Shown: in pieces, positions 1 to 13,225 of the stretch
How positions within the stretch are numbered: the first letter of the stretch is position 1
Layout of the letters: every line of letters begins with the position of its first letter
Assembly (NCBI GenBank): GCA_000004695.1
Contig: CM000151.3
Coordinates: 1,408,001 to 1,472,000 of the forward strand
DNA: 64,000 nt
Source of the DNA: Dictyostelium discoideum
Taxonomy: Eukaryota
Direction: 5' to 3'
Translations under genes and position numbers: made by a program
The notes under the pieces: generated by a model
Seen by the model: only the letters and a program-made list of their open reading frames with translations
Told to the model about the DNA's origin: nothing
The model's database searches: none

Positions 1-869
1 AAGAATCATTACTAAAGGATATTTACAATTTCATTAGTTTTAAATACCCAAATTCAACTGGTATCATCTATTGTGCAACCGTTAGAGAATGTGAAATTGT
101 TGCAGACTATCTAAGTGAACGTGGTTTATCATCTAATTTTTATCATGCTAAACTCAGTAATACTCAACGTTCGAAATTACAAAAAGATTGGACCAATGGT
201 GAATTTAAAATAGTTTGTACAACAATTGCATTTGGTATGGGTATTGATAAAGGTGATACAAGATTCGTCATTCATCATTCAATGCCTCAATCAATGGAAT
301 CCTATTATCAACAAACTGGTAGAGCTGGTAGAGATGGTAAACATAGTGATTGTTTATTATTTTATAATAAATCTGATTTAATGAGATTTAAACATATAAT
401 ATCTCTTAATCAACCAAAAGATCCATTCAATGCTTTTAGTAATTATAATGGTGTTGGTATTGGTGATATTGGTGGTGAACATTTAATATTAGATAATGAT
501 GGTAATTATATTAGCAATTATTCATCAGATGAATCTCAATATATGGATACTATTAAAAATAAAATTCAACAAACATCCACAAAACTTGAAATGTTGGACA
601 GTGTTGCTTCATTTTGCTCAACTCAATCGAAATGTCGTCGTGTAACTTTATTAAATTATTTTGGTGAAAACTCAAAATCTTGTGGAAATATGTGTGATAT
701 TTGTATTTCAAATTCAAATTCAAATTCAAATAATAGATCAAAAGCAAAACAAAATCAAATCGATTACTCTGAAAGAATTTATAATAGAAATTCTTATTCA
801 ATTTCATCTTTTAAAAATAAAAAAAAGAAATCACATGTATCTTATGATAATGATAATGATGTTGATTAA
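1..869 (+). CDS. RecQ-family DNA helicase, 3' partial (helicase C-terminal domain plus Zn-binding RQC-like region). The CDS enters the window in frame at base 3 and stops with TAA at 867-869.
   Basis: Translating from base 3 gives ESLLKDIYNFISFKYPNSTGIIYCATVRECEIVADYLSERGLSSNFYHAKLSNTQRSKLQKDWTNGEFKIVCTTIAFGMGIDKGDTRFVIHHSMPQSMESYYQQTGRAGRDG, which matches the RecQ helicase motifs IV-VI (IIYC, YHAGL-like, GMGIDK, QEAGRAGRDG). Downstream are four Cys (CRRVTLLNYFGE...SCGNMCDIC) typical of the RecQ Zn-binding module. No HRDC or winged helix is evident before the stop, so this is a short-C-terminus RecQ paralog. Confidence 0.85.
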   Translation, partial: ESLLKDIYNFISFKYPNSTGIIYCATVRECEIVADYLSERGLSSNFYHAKLSNTQRSKLQKDWTNGEFKIVCTTIAFGMGIDKGDTRFVIHHSMPQSMESYYQQTGRAGRDGKHSDCLLFYNKSDLMRFKHIISLNQPKDPFNAFSNYNGVGIGDIGGEHLILDNDGNYISNYSSDESQYMDTIKNKIQQTSTKLEMLDSVASFCSTQSKCRRVTLLNYFGENSKSCGNMCDICISNSNSNSNNRSKAKQNQIDYSERIYNRNSYSISSFKNKKKKSHVSYDNDNDVD

Positions 870-1266
870 AATTAATTAATTTCCAAAAAAAAAAAAATCC
901 TCTAAACTTTTTTTTTTTTTTTTTTTTCTTCCAAGACAATAAATAAATTAAGTTTTAAAATTAAAATCCATCATTATTATTTTTTATACAAAAATAAACT
1001 TTACAATTACTATTAATTATTTTTAAATTATTATTTGATACAATTTTATTGTTTTTTTTTTTGTTTTTTTTGTTGTTTTTTTTTTTTTTTTTTTTTTTTT
1101 TCATTTTTTTTTTTTTTTTTGTGATTGAATTTCTAAATAAAAATTCTAATGTTGACTAATATTTATATTGGTTGGTGGATGATGGTATTTGGTGATTGTG
1201 ATGTTTTCTTTTAATTTTTTTTTTTTTTTGATTTCTTTTTTTTTTTTGGACAATTACAATTTTATC

Positions 1267-1952
1267 TTAATCAAGTAATAACAATTGTTTAATGGCACCT
1301 GGTGTATCTACGTCGTTTAAATGGATAGTTGTAAATCTTAAAGCATTTAATAAACCTGGGGATGATTGAGTATTGGAATCTTTAAGTGTAACAATGCATG
1401 GTTTAATCTATTTTATTTAAAAAAAAACATATTTGTTTTAGTATATATTGTTTTTGAAAATTCCAAATTTAAAAATCTAAAAAAAAAACAACTTACATTA
1501 ACTGGAGATTTCTTTACAAAAGCACCTTGTGGGTGAATATGATCGAATAAAATAATTGAACCAACCATAGCTCTTAAACAAAACATATTGAGATCATCTT
1601 GTGTGAATCTGAATATAAAAAAAAAATGTTAGTGAATCTATACACATTATAATGAAAAAGGAAAAAAAAAAACATACTTCTTTTTCTCAACCATATCGTG
1701 ACAAACATTTGCCATTGTTGCTAAAGCGGTAGTAACATTATCTCTTGGTACAGTTGTATCTTGTGAAAGGAATTTAACAGTAGTTTCGGAAAGAACTTTC
1801 ATCATTGGAGTTGGATAAGCAAAGAATAATGACATTCTATTTGCTAATTCATCACGAATTTTAATGTTTGCATCCTTTTTGGTTAATTTCATTCTGTTAA
1901 GAGTACGACGATAATATGAGAAATCGTTTTGAATTGCTGGGTTAACCATCTA

Positions 1953-2030
<78 letters not shown>

Positions 2031-3283
2031 AATAAATAAATATTAGTATGAAATTATTAAATTTAGAAAAAAAGAGAGAGAGAACAATCAATAATTAATA
2101 AATAAATACCTTTGCGTCATCGAATTTCAAAACAAAATCAAAGATATCGGCAAGTTGCTTAGCGAGGGCTTGTTGGTTTGATAAAGATGCTTTTGGATCG
2201 TTTTTACAAAGAGCAACTAAAAGTTTTGGGAAACAAGTTTCCAATTCTAAAGAGAAATCGTAGAATTCTTGGAGTTGATCAACTGATGGGAGTACAGCTT
2301 CCCATGCAGCATCTTCAGTTTCTGGACCTGGATTGGTAATTGCCTAAAATGAAAATAATAAAATGTTAGAAAGGTATTATAAAACTTTATTCAGTCTTCT
2401 GGTTTTGCTGATATTTTTGTGTTTTTCATGTGTGCAAAGGGGTGTGGGGAGGGAGAGGGTTGAAAATAAACGTTTATTTTGATTATGTGAAATTAATTCC
2501 GACAATAATTATATAATTATATTGGTGAATATCTGAATCTATGCCATCACCAAAACACTATTCAATGATAATCCGCAATCAACACAAACAACTCTATTCC
2601 TGTCCGATTTGTAACAAATACTATCCAAACACTATTCCCATCATAAGCAGTTCTACTCCCTTCCTATCACCTTTTTTTTAAAAAAAATCCCACATACGCA
2701 CACACATATACACACACAACACTATTGCAACCTGTTATTGAAAATATTTACTCTTCTAATGAATTCATTACAACCTGCATAGGCTAAAAGTTTATCGATG
2801 ATAGCTGGACCTCTAATTAAAACTTCATTAACTGTTTTATGAAGTTCTCTTTCGTCGTCTGATGGTTGAGCATCTATTAAAAATAAATGATGATAAAAAA
2901 TAATAAAAAAAAAAAAAAATAAAAAATAATAAAAAAATAAAAAATAGTTAGTATCTATTATTTTAATTGTATTTAAAAAAAAAAAAAAACTTAAAGATAA
3001 AAATAAAAATAAATTAAAACAATAATAAAATCAAAAAAAAAAAAAAAAAAAAATTTTTTGATTTTTTTTTTTTTTTTGTGTATATTTATAAATATAGAAC
3101 CCATTTCTGATCTTCATTTTATCTTTTATCTTTTTTTTTTTTTTTTTTTTTTCCAACTTTATTTTATTTTTATTTTTTTATTATTTAAGATTATGAATAA
3201 TAAATTTATTACATACGTTCGAAATCTATGAAAATTTGTTCAGTGTGATCATTTCCATTGATAAAACTAAGTAATTGACCCAT
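1267..3283 (-). CDS. fam49: CYRI/FAM49 homolog (CYFIP-related Rac1 interactor), 6 exons: 3283..3217, 2873..2752, 2343..2110, 1949..1678, 1608..1497, 1407..1267 (about 315 aa).
   Basis: The N-terminus MGQLLSFINGNDHTEQIFIDFE has a myristoylation-type MG start. Exon 4 reads [22 protein letters not shown]...ELANRMSLFFAYPTPMMKVLSETT, near-identical to human CYRI-B [21 protein letters not shown]...ELANRMSLFYAEATPML. Exon 3 (AAWEAVLPSVDQLQEFYDFS), exon 5 (FCLRAMVGSIILFDHIHPQGAF) and exon 6 (GLLNALRFTTIHLND) are collinear with the CYRI DUF1394 domain. All junctions use GTAAAT/GTATGT/GTAAGT donors and AG acceptors, and the phases are consistent. The exon lengths sum to 948 nt. Confidence 0.9.
1954..2040. 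repeat. Pure (AAT)n / (AAAT)n microsatellite inside intron 3 of the CYRI gene.
   Basis: About 23 uninterrupted AAT units followed by AAAT units, lying between the GTATTT donor at 2109 and the acceptor at 1950. Confidence 0.9.
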
Positions 3284-3487
3284 TTTATTGTGTTATTTTA
3301 TATGTAAGTATGATTTTATATATTTATATTTATTTATATGAGTTTTGAATTATTGTTTGTAAATTGAAGATTCTCCAATTTTAAATATTTATACAATGTG
3401 TTTTTTGTTTTTTTTTGTAGTTGTGATTGAATTCTATTATTATTATTATTGCCTTAATGTCACACCATATAAAAACTTTTTTTTTAA

Positions 3488-3518
<31 letters not shown>

Positions 3519-4158
3519 CAAAAAAAAATTTTAAAAAAAAAAAAAAAAAAAAAAATTCAAAAAAAAAAAAAAAAAATAAAAAAAAAAAAGTTAATAATCC
3601 CATTTTTTTTTTTGATTCAATTCACCATTTAAAAAAAAATAAAAAAATAAAAAAAATAATAAAAAAAAATAATAAAAAAAATAGCAATAAATAAAAAGTT
3701 AAATTATTATTATTATTTTATTATTATTTATTCATTATCCATTAAAAAATTATATATATATATATTTTTTTTTTTTTTTCTTTCGTGCTTTCTTTTTTTT
3801 TTTCTGCCACCTTTTTTTTTTTTTTTTTTTTTTTTTTTCAAATTTTTGGTGCCAAATTATTAGAAAAAATTTCAACTTGAAAAAAAAAATGTCATCAACA
3901 GATAAAAATATATTTATTTCAAACAAAACATTAGATTTATTGATTTTTTAAAATCTTATGATTTTTTTTATTTTTTTTTATTTTATTTTTTTCATATTTT
4001 GTTGTACAACAAATAATAAACCTTTTTTTATTTTATTCTATTTTTTGTTTTTATTTTTATTTTCACAATTTTTAATATAATAGGGCTGATTATTTTCTCT
4101 CTTATTATAGCTATTTTTATTTCAAATTCCAAAATGAACAAAACTATTTTCCGAAATG

Positions 4159-4198
<40 letters not shown>

Positions 4199-4467
4199 AA
4201 ATAAAAAATAAAAAAATAAAAAAATATCTGACCCTTTGGACTTTTCTAATCCTTTTTTTTTTTTTTTTTTTTTTTTCTTTTCAATTTTTTTTTTTTTTTT
4301 TTCTTAATTTTTTTTTTTTAAAAAAAAACAAAATTACCAACAACAACAAAATCCAACATATTTTATTTTATATTATTTTTTATTTATTTATTTATTTATG
4401 TGGGTTAAAAAATTTTTTAAACTAAAAAATAAAAAAAATAAATAAAAAAAAAAAAAAAAAAACAAAA

Positions 4468-5957
4468 ATGTCATATAAAATAATAAACAGCTCCGATGAC
4501 GACAATGATAATAATAATAACAATGATATAAATAACAATGAGAATATTATTAGAGAAGAAGAAAAGAATAAAACACTACCAAATTCGCCAATCCAAACAG
4601 ATGAACAAAAAAAGAAACAAACATTATCAATTAATATTATGGTTTTAACCGTATTTTTACAAAGTATTGGATTTACATTAATTTTACCATCAATGTTGAA
4701 TTATTTAAATTCAAACGATCCACAATTTAAGAGATATTTCGGATACATTGTAGCATTATATAGTTTAGGACAATTTTTAGGATCACCTTTATTTGGTAAA
4801 TGGAGTAATAAAAGAGCAGCATCTGAACCAGTAGTAATCTCAATTGTAATCTCCATCATTGGTTCGATATTCTATTCAATTTGTTATAAATTCCATGGAT
4901 TTGCATTCCCAGCAATTATGGGTACCGCCAGATTCATCGTTGGGTTCGGTGCTGGAAATGTGTCAGTGTGTCGTGCATATGCCACTGAGACTGCCACAAT
5001 TGAAAATAAAACTCAAATTATGGGAAAAATGAGTGGTGCACAAGGCGCAGGGTTCGTCTTGGGACCTGGTATCGGGTTCTTATTAAACTTTTGCAATTTC
5101 ACCATTGGTCAAATGGTAATCAATAAATACACCGCACCAGGTTACTTGTCAATTTTATTAGCCATACTCAATATCATATTGGTTTTAGTATCCTTTAGAG
5201 ATGCAAGAGATTTAGAAAAGAGAAATTTAAAAACACCTGAAACAGCATCCCTTTTATCTATCAATGATGCCGATGCCGATGCCGATGCCAATAATGACGC
5301 TGATAAGCCAAAGAAGAATATGGAGCAACGTTTGAAGCCAATTGTATTGTCGATATTTTTATTCATGGTGGTGATTACAATATTTGCGGTATTCGAGACC
5401 GTGCTTACTTTAATGACATTGCAATATTATGATTGGGGAAGCACAGAGAATTATATTATACTTGGTACGAGTGGTATTATATCGGTGGGTATTTTCATAG
5501 CAATCTCAAGTCCGGTGATAAAGAAATTCGATGATAGAAAAACCGCTTTGTTCGGGTTCACTTGTTTATTCATTGCTTTGGTTTTATTAATTAATTACAA
5601 TATTCCAATTGGTAGTAGAATGACTTTACCAAAATGGCAATTCTTTATGGGTTCTGCATTTGTTTCAGTTGGTTATCCAATTGCTTCATCATTGGTTTAT
5701 GCAATATTTTCAAAAGTTTTAAACCCAAATTCTCATACTCAAGGCACTAAAATGGGTTGGTTAACTGCTGGTGGATCTTTAGCAAGAATGGTTGGTCCAT
5801 TATGGTCTCAAGAAATTTGGACTGCTACCAATCAACAAGGTATGGAATTATTCTTTGTAACTGCAGTTATCACATTAATTGCAATCGTTGTATTTATTAT
5901 TTTCTATAAAGATTTATCTCCTCATCCTGAATTTGTTTCACAACAAAAAACTGTTAA

Positions 5958-5964
<7 letters not shown>
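4468..5964 (+). CDS. mfsd8: MFS transporter, MFSD8/CLN7 homolog (single exon, 498 aa).
   Basis: ALYSLGQFLGSPLFGKWSNKRAASEPVVISIVISI matches human MFSD8 [54 protein letters not shown]...GAQGAGFVLGP matches GIGAGNVAVVRSYTAGATS...QALGFILGP. The C-terminal TQGTKMGWLTAGGSLARMVGPLW matches [23 protein letters not shown]. The hydropathy shows 12 TM segments. The (TAAA)n tract starts immediately after the TAA stop. Confidence 0.85.
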
Positions 5965-6013
<49 letters not shown>

Positions 6014-6239
6014 AATAAATAAATAATAATAATTAATAAATAATAAATAATAAATAATAAATAATAAATAATAATAGTAATAATAAAGCAATTAATTTAT
6101 AAATTATAAATTATAATAGTAATTTTAAAAAATAAAACAACCACATTTTAAAAATTTAAAAATAATAATAAAAGTGAATATTATAATATTATAATCTTTT
6201 TGGTATAATTGAAAAAGATCAATAATATATTAAAATTTC

Positions 6240-6281
<42 letters not shown>

Positions 6282-6943
6282 CAAAAATAGTAATAATAAT
6301 TATTAAATTTATAATTTTTTTATCTTTTATTTTATTTTTATTTCTTTTTCTTTTTTTATATCTTTTATTTTTATTATTTTTCAATTATCCTTAATTTGGT
6401 TTTTTTTTTATTTTTTTATTTTTTTTTTATTTTTCATTTTTTTTATTTTTTTTTAAAATTTACCCTGGTAAAGATTTAAATCTTAAAAGAATACGTCATT
6501 TATTTTAAACTTTTAAATTTTCTTTTTATTTTTTTTCCCCATTTTTGTTTTTTTATCCCGGGACAAGTGATTTATTAATTTTTTTTAATGCCTTATTATT
6601 TTATTTTATTTTTTATTTAAAATTTTTCATTTTTTTTTTTTTTTTTATATTTATTATCCTAAGATCTTGACTTTTTTTAAAATTGTCAACTTGAAATTAG
6701 ATTTTGAAATTTTAGGTAAATTAAAAAAAATGAAAAAAAAAAAAAATTAAAATAGAAAAAAAAAAAGAAAAAAGAAAGTTCCACATTTCCCAGATCCATA
6801 TTCTTTTTTTACTTTTTAATTTTTTTTTTTTAATTTATTTTTTTTTTTTTTTCATAAATAATATTTTAGGAAATAGAATTAAAACAAAATACTGACTAAA
6901 AATAATAATAATAATTCAGATTTTTTATTACAAAAGTCAGTTG

Positions 6944-6974
<31 letters not shown>

Positions 6975-7637
6975 CTAAACAATTTTATTTTAAAAAAAAA
7001 AAAAAAGTAAAAAAACGAACTAAAAATTACAAATTTAGATTTTTATGATAGAAAGCAGTTTTTTTTGGTTTTCTTAGTTTTAAAAAACCTTTTTTTTTTA
7101 AACAATATTTTGTTTTATTTTATTTTATTTTTTTTTTTTACTTTTTTTTTAAAAAAATCAGGATAAAAAAAAAATAGTAAAAAAAAAAAAAAAAAATAAA
7201 ATATAGAAAAAAAAAAAAAAAAAAAACAAAAGCGAAAACAAAACAAAGCAAACCAAAAAAAAAACACATAATATCTATTTAAATTGTATTATTTATTTTA
7301 TTATCAGTGGTAATTAATTATTTTTTTTTTTTTTTTTTTTTAAAAATAAACCACTACAAACATAAATATCTCAAATTACATTTAAACAATAATATCTTAA
7401 AAAAACAAATAAAAAAAAATAAAAAAAAATAAAAAAATAATTGTGTGTTTGTGTGTATTTGTGGTCTTTTCGATCTATTTATTTTAAAATAATTAATAAA
7501 TAAAATAAAATAAATTAAAATAAAATAAAATAAAATAAAATAAAATATTTTAAATAAATAAAAATTTAAAATTAACAATAACTAAAGTAATAATAATTTC
7601 CTAACTGTAATTTTTTATTTCTTTTTTTTATTTATTG

Positions 7638-7672
<35 letters not shown>

Positions 7673-7835
7673 AAAAAGAAAAAAGAAATTTAGATACGAA
7701 AGTAATATTAAATATATAAAAAAAAAAAAAAAAAATCCAAGAATAATATTTAAAAAAAGAATAAAAAAAAAACTAAACAAAACAAAAAGAAACAAAAACA
7801 ATTGTATAATATTTAAATTATTTTGGAAAAAAAAA

Positions 7836-9310
7836 ATGACGAATAATAGTAATATTGAAAATTGTAATACAATTTATGACAAACAAATAACTCAATTTAA
7901 AATTAATAGAAATGGTAGTAGTGGATGTGGAAGTAGTAATGAAAGTGGATCACTTTTAATTTCTATTAAAATCGAACATATCCTTGAATTTCCAGATGAA
8001 GTTTTATTAACAATTTTATCATTCTTAGAACCAAATGATATTAAAAATATTTATTTATCAAGTAGATATTTATCAAGGTTTGTATATATAAAATTTAACT
8101 TAATTATATATATATATATATAAAATTTAACTTAATTTATTTTAAAAAACAAAAAAAAAAAAAAAAAAAAAAAACTAATTTTATTTTTTTTTTTTACTAT
8201 TATTTTAGTTTTTGTTTTGAAAATAAAATTTGGAAAGCAATTTGTAAAAGAAAATGGAGTTCATCACCAATTTTTAAAAGAAAGCCAATTACAAATTGGA
8301 GAAGTTATTATTTAAAGAAAAAAGGATTTATGGATTTATCAGGTGGATTAAGTTGGATTGAAATATTTTCATCATCAGGTGATAAGCCATCACCAAGATA
8401 TCAAAATACATGTACATCAGTTGGAAATGAAATTTATTTCATTGGTGGACAAGATCATCCAGAGAATAGATTTAATACAATTCATAAATTTAATTGTACT
8501 ACACAAGAATTTACAAGATTAATACCAACAGGTAGCTCTCCACCAAAATTCGCCAGACATACATCAACAGTGATTGGCAGTAAAATTTATTCTCATGGCG
8601 GTTTCGATGGATTTAGTCAACATTTCGGACTATTTGTATATTGTACCATTGAAAACCGTTGGGAAACCCTCTCGCCCACTGGTGATATACCAATCTCAAG
8701 AACCAATCATGCCAGTACATCAATTGGTGATAATTTTTATATTTTCGGTGGAATGTATAAAAATGGTAGTGATTTAGTATTTTTAAATGATTTATTCGAG
8801 TATAATACTATAGAGAATAAATGGACCCAATTAAAGGGTACTGGCGACCACCCACCTCAGAAATGCGGTCATAAGCTATTCAATTTCGGTGGTAAATTAT
8901 TATTATTTGGTGGTGGATATGGCTCACAATGGGATATTAAATATAATGATGTTCATATCTATGACAGATCTTTAAATAGGTGGACAAAAGTTAAAACAAA
9001 GGGAGAAATCAACGTTTGTACATTTACTGTTAGTTGGAGTGTTGGTCCATTTCTTTTCATCTATGGTGGTCAATCTGTTAAAGATGATCTATTAACTAAT
9101 GATCTCTATATGTTAGATACTGTAAATATGGAATGGAGTTCTATCAATACAAATTGTACACCTTTTCCACGTGATATGGGTTCTGGTGTATTAGTTGGTT
9201 CAACACTTTATATGTTTGGTGGTTTCTCTTCAACACCATTAGATAGTTTATTCTCTTTAGATTTATTAAAAGATGAAAATTTAAATATATCACCTTCTCC
9301 AAATATTTAA
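7836..9310 (+). CDS. F-box / Kelch-repeat protein, 2 exons: 7836..8077 and 8209..9310 (intron 8078..8208, phase 2).
   Basis: Exon 1 encodes the F-box (ILEFPDEVLLTILSFLEPNDIKNIYLSSRYLS). The donor is GTTTGT and the acceptor TTTTAG. Exon 2 continues SFCFENKIWKAICKRKW..., then six Kelch-like blades with GG motifs (FIGGQDH, SHGGFDG, IFGGMYKNG, FGGGYG, IYGGQS, MFGGFSS) and the characteristic W/Y positions. Confidence 0.75.
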
Positions 9311-9425
9311 TAAAAAAAAAAAATAAAATAAAATAAAATAAAAATGAAACCAAACGATTTTAACCGAGAAATTAAATTAAAAAGAAAATTTAAAATAATT
9401 TTTAACTTTATTGTACATTTTTGTT

Positions 9426-9664
9426 TCAATTTGTTTGACTTTTCCAGTTATTATTATTATATATTCTACGATTATTATTGTGATGATAATTATTTTTATA
9501 TGGATGCCCTCTATTATTGTTATTATAATTATTATTATTACTACTTCCATCTTCATAACTATTATCATTATCAGACCTTCTATTATTATTATAACCTCTA
9601 TTATCATTATTATTATAATTTTGATAATGATAACCATTACCATTATTGTTATTATTATTATTAA

Positions 9665-9752
<88 letters not shown>

Positions 9753-10426
9753 GATATTGTTATTATTGTATTGATCTCTATCTTTTTCATAGAATCTATT
9801 ATTATTGTTATTTGAATTATTATTTGCATTATTATAATTTCCTTTATTTGAGTTATTACTATTATAAAATTGATCTTTGTCATTTCTATACATGTTACTA
9901 CTTGTTAAATTGGGTGAGATTCTATTACTGTTATTGCTGTTGTTGCTATTATTCGAACTATTATTATTGTTATTGTTATTATTAAATGAATTTACATTTG
10001 AATTTGAATTTGAATTATTTATAAATAAAGTTTGCGATGGTGAAACTGGTGATGAAAAAGGTGATAATGGGGACATACCAGTGATAGGTTTTGTAGAAGG
10101 ATAGTATTGACCTTGCATTGATGGTGATGATGGTTGCATAAAATTTGGTTTGTGATTATATGATGATCTATCATCTACTGAATAAGATTTATTTTGGTAA
10201 TTATATACATTATTACTATTAGTAGTATTATTATTGTTGTTATTATCAATACTACCATTTATGTTGTTATTAAAGCCATTATTATAATTATTATTGTTAC
10301 CATTAACCCCGTTACTATATTGACTAACGTTGTTATTATTATTATTGTTGTTGTTGTTGTTGCTGTTACCACTATTATTGTTATAGCTGTTAAAATTATT
10401 ACCATTACTAGAGTTAATGAAGCCAC

Positions 10427-10471
<45 letters not shown>

Positions 10472-11447
10472 AGCTACCATTATTGTAATTATTGTTGTTA
10501 TTAAAAGTTCCATTATTATTACTTGAAAATTGCAATTGTTGTTGTTGTTGTGGTTGTGGTTGTGGTTGTGGTTGTTGTGGTTGTGGTTGTGGTTGTGGTT
10601 GTGGTTGTGGTTGTGGTTGTGGTTGTGGTTGTGGTTGTGGTTGTGGTTGTGGTTGTGATTGTGGTTGTGGTTGTGATTGATGAATATCATTATTATTGAA
10701 TTGTATGTTTTGACCATTCATGAATTGATTGCTGTTATTAGTAGTATTACCATTAAAATTTGGATTATTATTAAATTGTTGTTGTTGTGGTTGTTGCTCT
10801 TGATGTTGTTGTTGATCGTGTTGTTTTTGTTGGTCTTGTTGTTGGTCATGTTGTTGTTGTTGTTGGTCATGTTGTTGTTGTTGTTGTTGTTGCTGTTGTT
10901 GCTGTTGTTGCTGTTGTTGTTGCTGTTGTTGTTGATATAAAAATTGTTGTTGTTGCTGTTGTTGCTTTTTTAAGAATAATGCTTTTTGAATTTCGGTTTG
11001 TCTTCTTTCTTCGGCCATAACAGTTTTTAATAAAAGGAATAATGTATTTTTATTTGATTCTAATGTTTCAAGTATCTCTTTTTGAACAATAATTTTTGAT
11101 TGTTGTTGTTGTTGTAAATCTTTTAATGAATTAACTTTCTTTTGTAACTTTTCTCTTTTTAGAGTAATTGTTTTTTGACGTTGTTCCATCTCTTGTTGTT
11201 CTTGTTGTAATCTTTGTTCCTCTGTTAAAAGTGATTGTTGTTGTTTTTTTAATTCAATCTCTTTTTGTTCTTGCTCAAGTTTTAACTTTTGTTCAATCTC
11301 TTTTTGTTCTTGTTCTTTTTTATTATATTGGTCTTCAATTCTATCTTCAACTATCTTTTTACATAAATACCTCCTAATGAATTTCTTTTTTGAAATCTCT
11401 GCTTGCAATGCTTTCAAGTGTGCTGTATTGTTATTATAATTTTTCAT
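9426..11447 (-). CDS. Q/N-rich low-complexity protein with an N-terminal coiled-coil region and a (PQ)n repeat (673 aa, single ORF).
   Basis: Continuous ORF. The N-terminal ~200 aa has a heptad-like charged pattern (EQEQKEIEQKLKLEQEQKEIELKKQQQ...). Next come polyQ, then (PQ)20 encoded by (GGTTGT)n at 10553-10675 on the + strand, then long poly-N. No recognisable catalytic domain. Confidence 0.55.
10553..10675 (-). repeat. (ACAACC)n hexamer microsatellite encoding (PQ)n inside the Q/N-rich gene.
   Basis: About 20 perfect GGTTGT units on the + strand. The opposite-strand codons CAA CCA give QP. Confidence 0.9.
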
Positions 11448-11882
11448 CTTTTTATTAATTAATTAATTAATTAATTTCCTATAGAGTTTATTTATTTGTT
11501 TTTTTTTTTTTTTTAATGTTTATCTGTGAAGAATTGTGAAAAATTGAAAAAAAAAATAAAAATAATTGAGAAAATTAAAAAAAAAAAAAAAATAAAAATA
11601 AAAAAAAAAACCCAATTTCCGTTACTTTTTGGAAAATATCTTTATAATAAATGTCATTTGATCGCTCCTTTTAAAAAAAATGTCGTTGGAGTAAATTTAT
11701 GATTTTTATTTTATTTTTTTTTTTTTTTTTTTTTTTTTGGTTTTTTTCATTTTATTTTATTAAACAAATTAATTGAAAAATTTTTAAAATTTTTTATTTT
11801 TTATTTAAGTTATAATTTAGTATAAAGTACTTTTATTTGTAAGTATTCCCACAAAAAAAATAAAATAAAATAAAGTTATTCC

Positions 11883-11914
<32 letters not shown>

Positions 11915-12297
11915 CCATTGTTTTTAAATAATTTATAATGACCTATTTATAAAAAATAAAAGAAAAAAAAAAATTTAAAAAAAAAGTAAAATGTATTATT
12001 TATTATTTATTTATTTTTATTATTTATTTTTATTTTGTTTTATAATTATTATTATTATTATTTTTTTTTATTTTTTTTTTTTATTTTCTTTCCAATACAT
12101 TTTTGTCATTGAAGGATTACCATTTTTGTATAAATTGTTTTTTTTTTTTTTTTGAAAAAAATTAATTTTTTTTAGTTTTTTTTTTTTTTTAGTTTTAGGA
12201 AAAAAAAAAAATAAAATAAAATAGAGGAAATTAAAAATTAAAATAATAAAAAATAAAAACAAATAAATAGTATTGTTTGGGTTATGTTTATAATTTC

Positions 12298-12336
<39 letters not shown>

Positions 12337-12497
12337 GGGAAGGAAAAAATTAAAATTATAATGCCCTTGTAACCCCCACATAAATCCAAAAAAAAAAAAA
12401 ATAGTTGAAAAAAAAAAATTTTTTTTTTTAATAATTATTTTTTATTTTTTTTTTCCAACAATTATTTATCATTTATTTATATTCACACACTTTGTTA

Positions 12498-12529
<32 letters not shown>

Positions 12530-12765
12530 TAAATTAAAAGTATATATGTTTATTATATATAAATAAAGAACATAAAAATAAAATAAAAAAAAAAAAATAA
12601 AAAATATTTTTTGGTCTTAACAACCTTAACACTAAAAAGTAAATATTTTCGTAGTAAATTTTTAAACACATCCCAAAACTTTTTTTTTTTTTTTTATACT
12701 ATTAGATTTTAGTAAATTTTATTTTAATTTTTTTAAAAATTTATTTTTAATTTCAATATTATATC

Positions 12766-12804
<39 letters not shown>

Positions 12805-13225
12805 CGATTTTTCATATGTGTATGCATACATTAAATCAAATAAATCCAAACACCGTTCGTTAACGAACTTTTTTTTTTTTTTTCCCGCTATTAACGGATT
12901 CAATAACAAAATTTTAAAAACTATTATTTTTTTTATTTTTTTTTTTTTATTTTTTTTTTTATTTCACCCCCCATTACAAACGACACAACAATAAAATTTT
13001 TATATATTTTATATATATATAATTTCACATATTAATAATAATTATCACTTATTTTATGTTTATATATAATAACATTTATGATAAAACTTATAAATTATAC
13101 ATCTAAAAAAAATAAAATAAAATAATAAATTAATAAAAAAAAAAAAAAATATAAAAAAAAAAAAAAAACCTAATAAAGAAAATTAAAAAATAAATTTTTT
13201 AATTCATTTGTAAAATTATAAAGAA

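Noticed and set aside
3396-4425. ORFs 3396..3632 and 4156..4425, which translate poly-K/poly-F.
   Set aside because: They read straight through A- and T-homopolymer runs in the divergent promoter between the CYRI and mfsd8 genes. There are no splice signals and no complexity.
9377-9883. Ile-rich ORFs (9377..9883, 9411..9815, 10194..10526, 35977..36543 and 36254..36634, etc.).
   Set aside because: They are alternate-frame or antisense readings of (AAT)n/(ATT)n tracts that encode poly-N in the real genes. ATT and ATA codons give runs of Ile.
10492-10680. ORF translating CGCGCGCG..., and the idea that (GGTTGT)n is a telomere-like or non-coding minisatellite.
   Set aside because: The hexamer array sits in frame inside the 673-aa minus-strand ORF, where it encodes (PQ)n. 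The + strand reading is an artefact.
12361-12385. AACCCCCACATAAATCC as a second DUSE.
   Set aside because: CCCACATAA has an extra AT relative to CCCA[CT]AA, and nothing GC-rich or terminator-like follows at +60.
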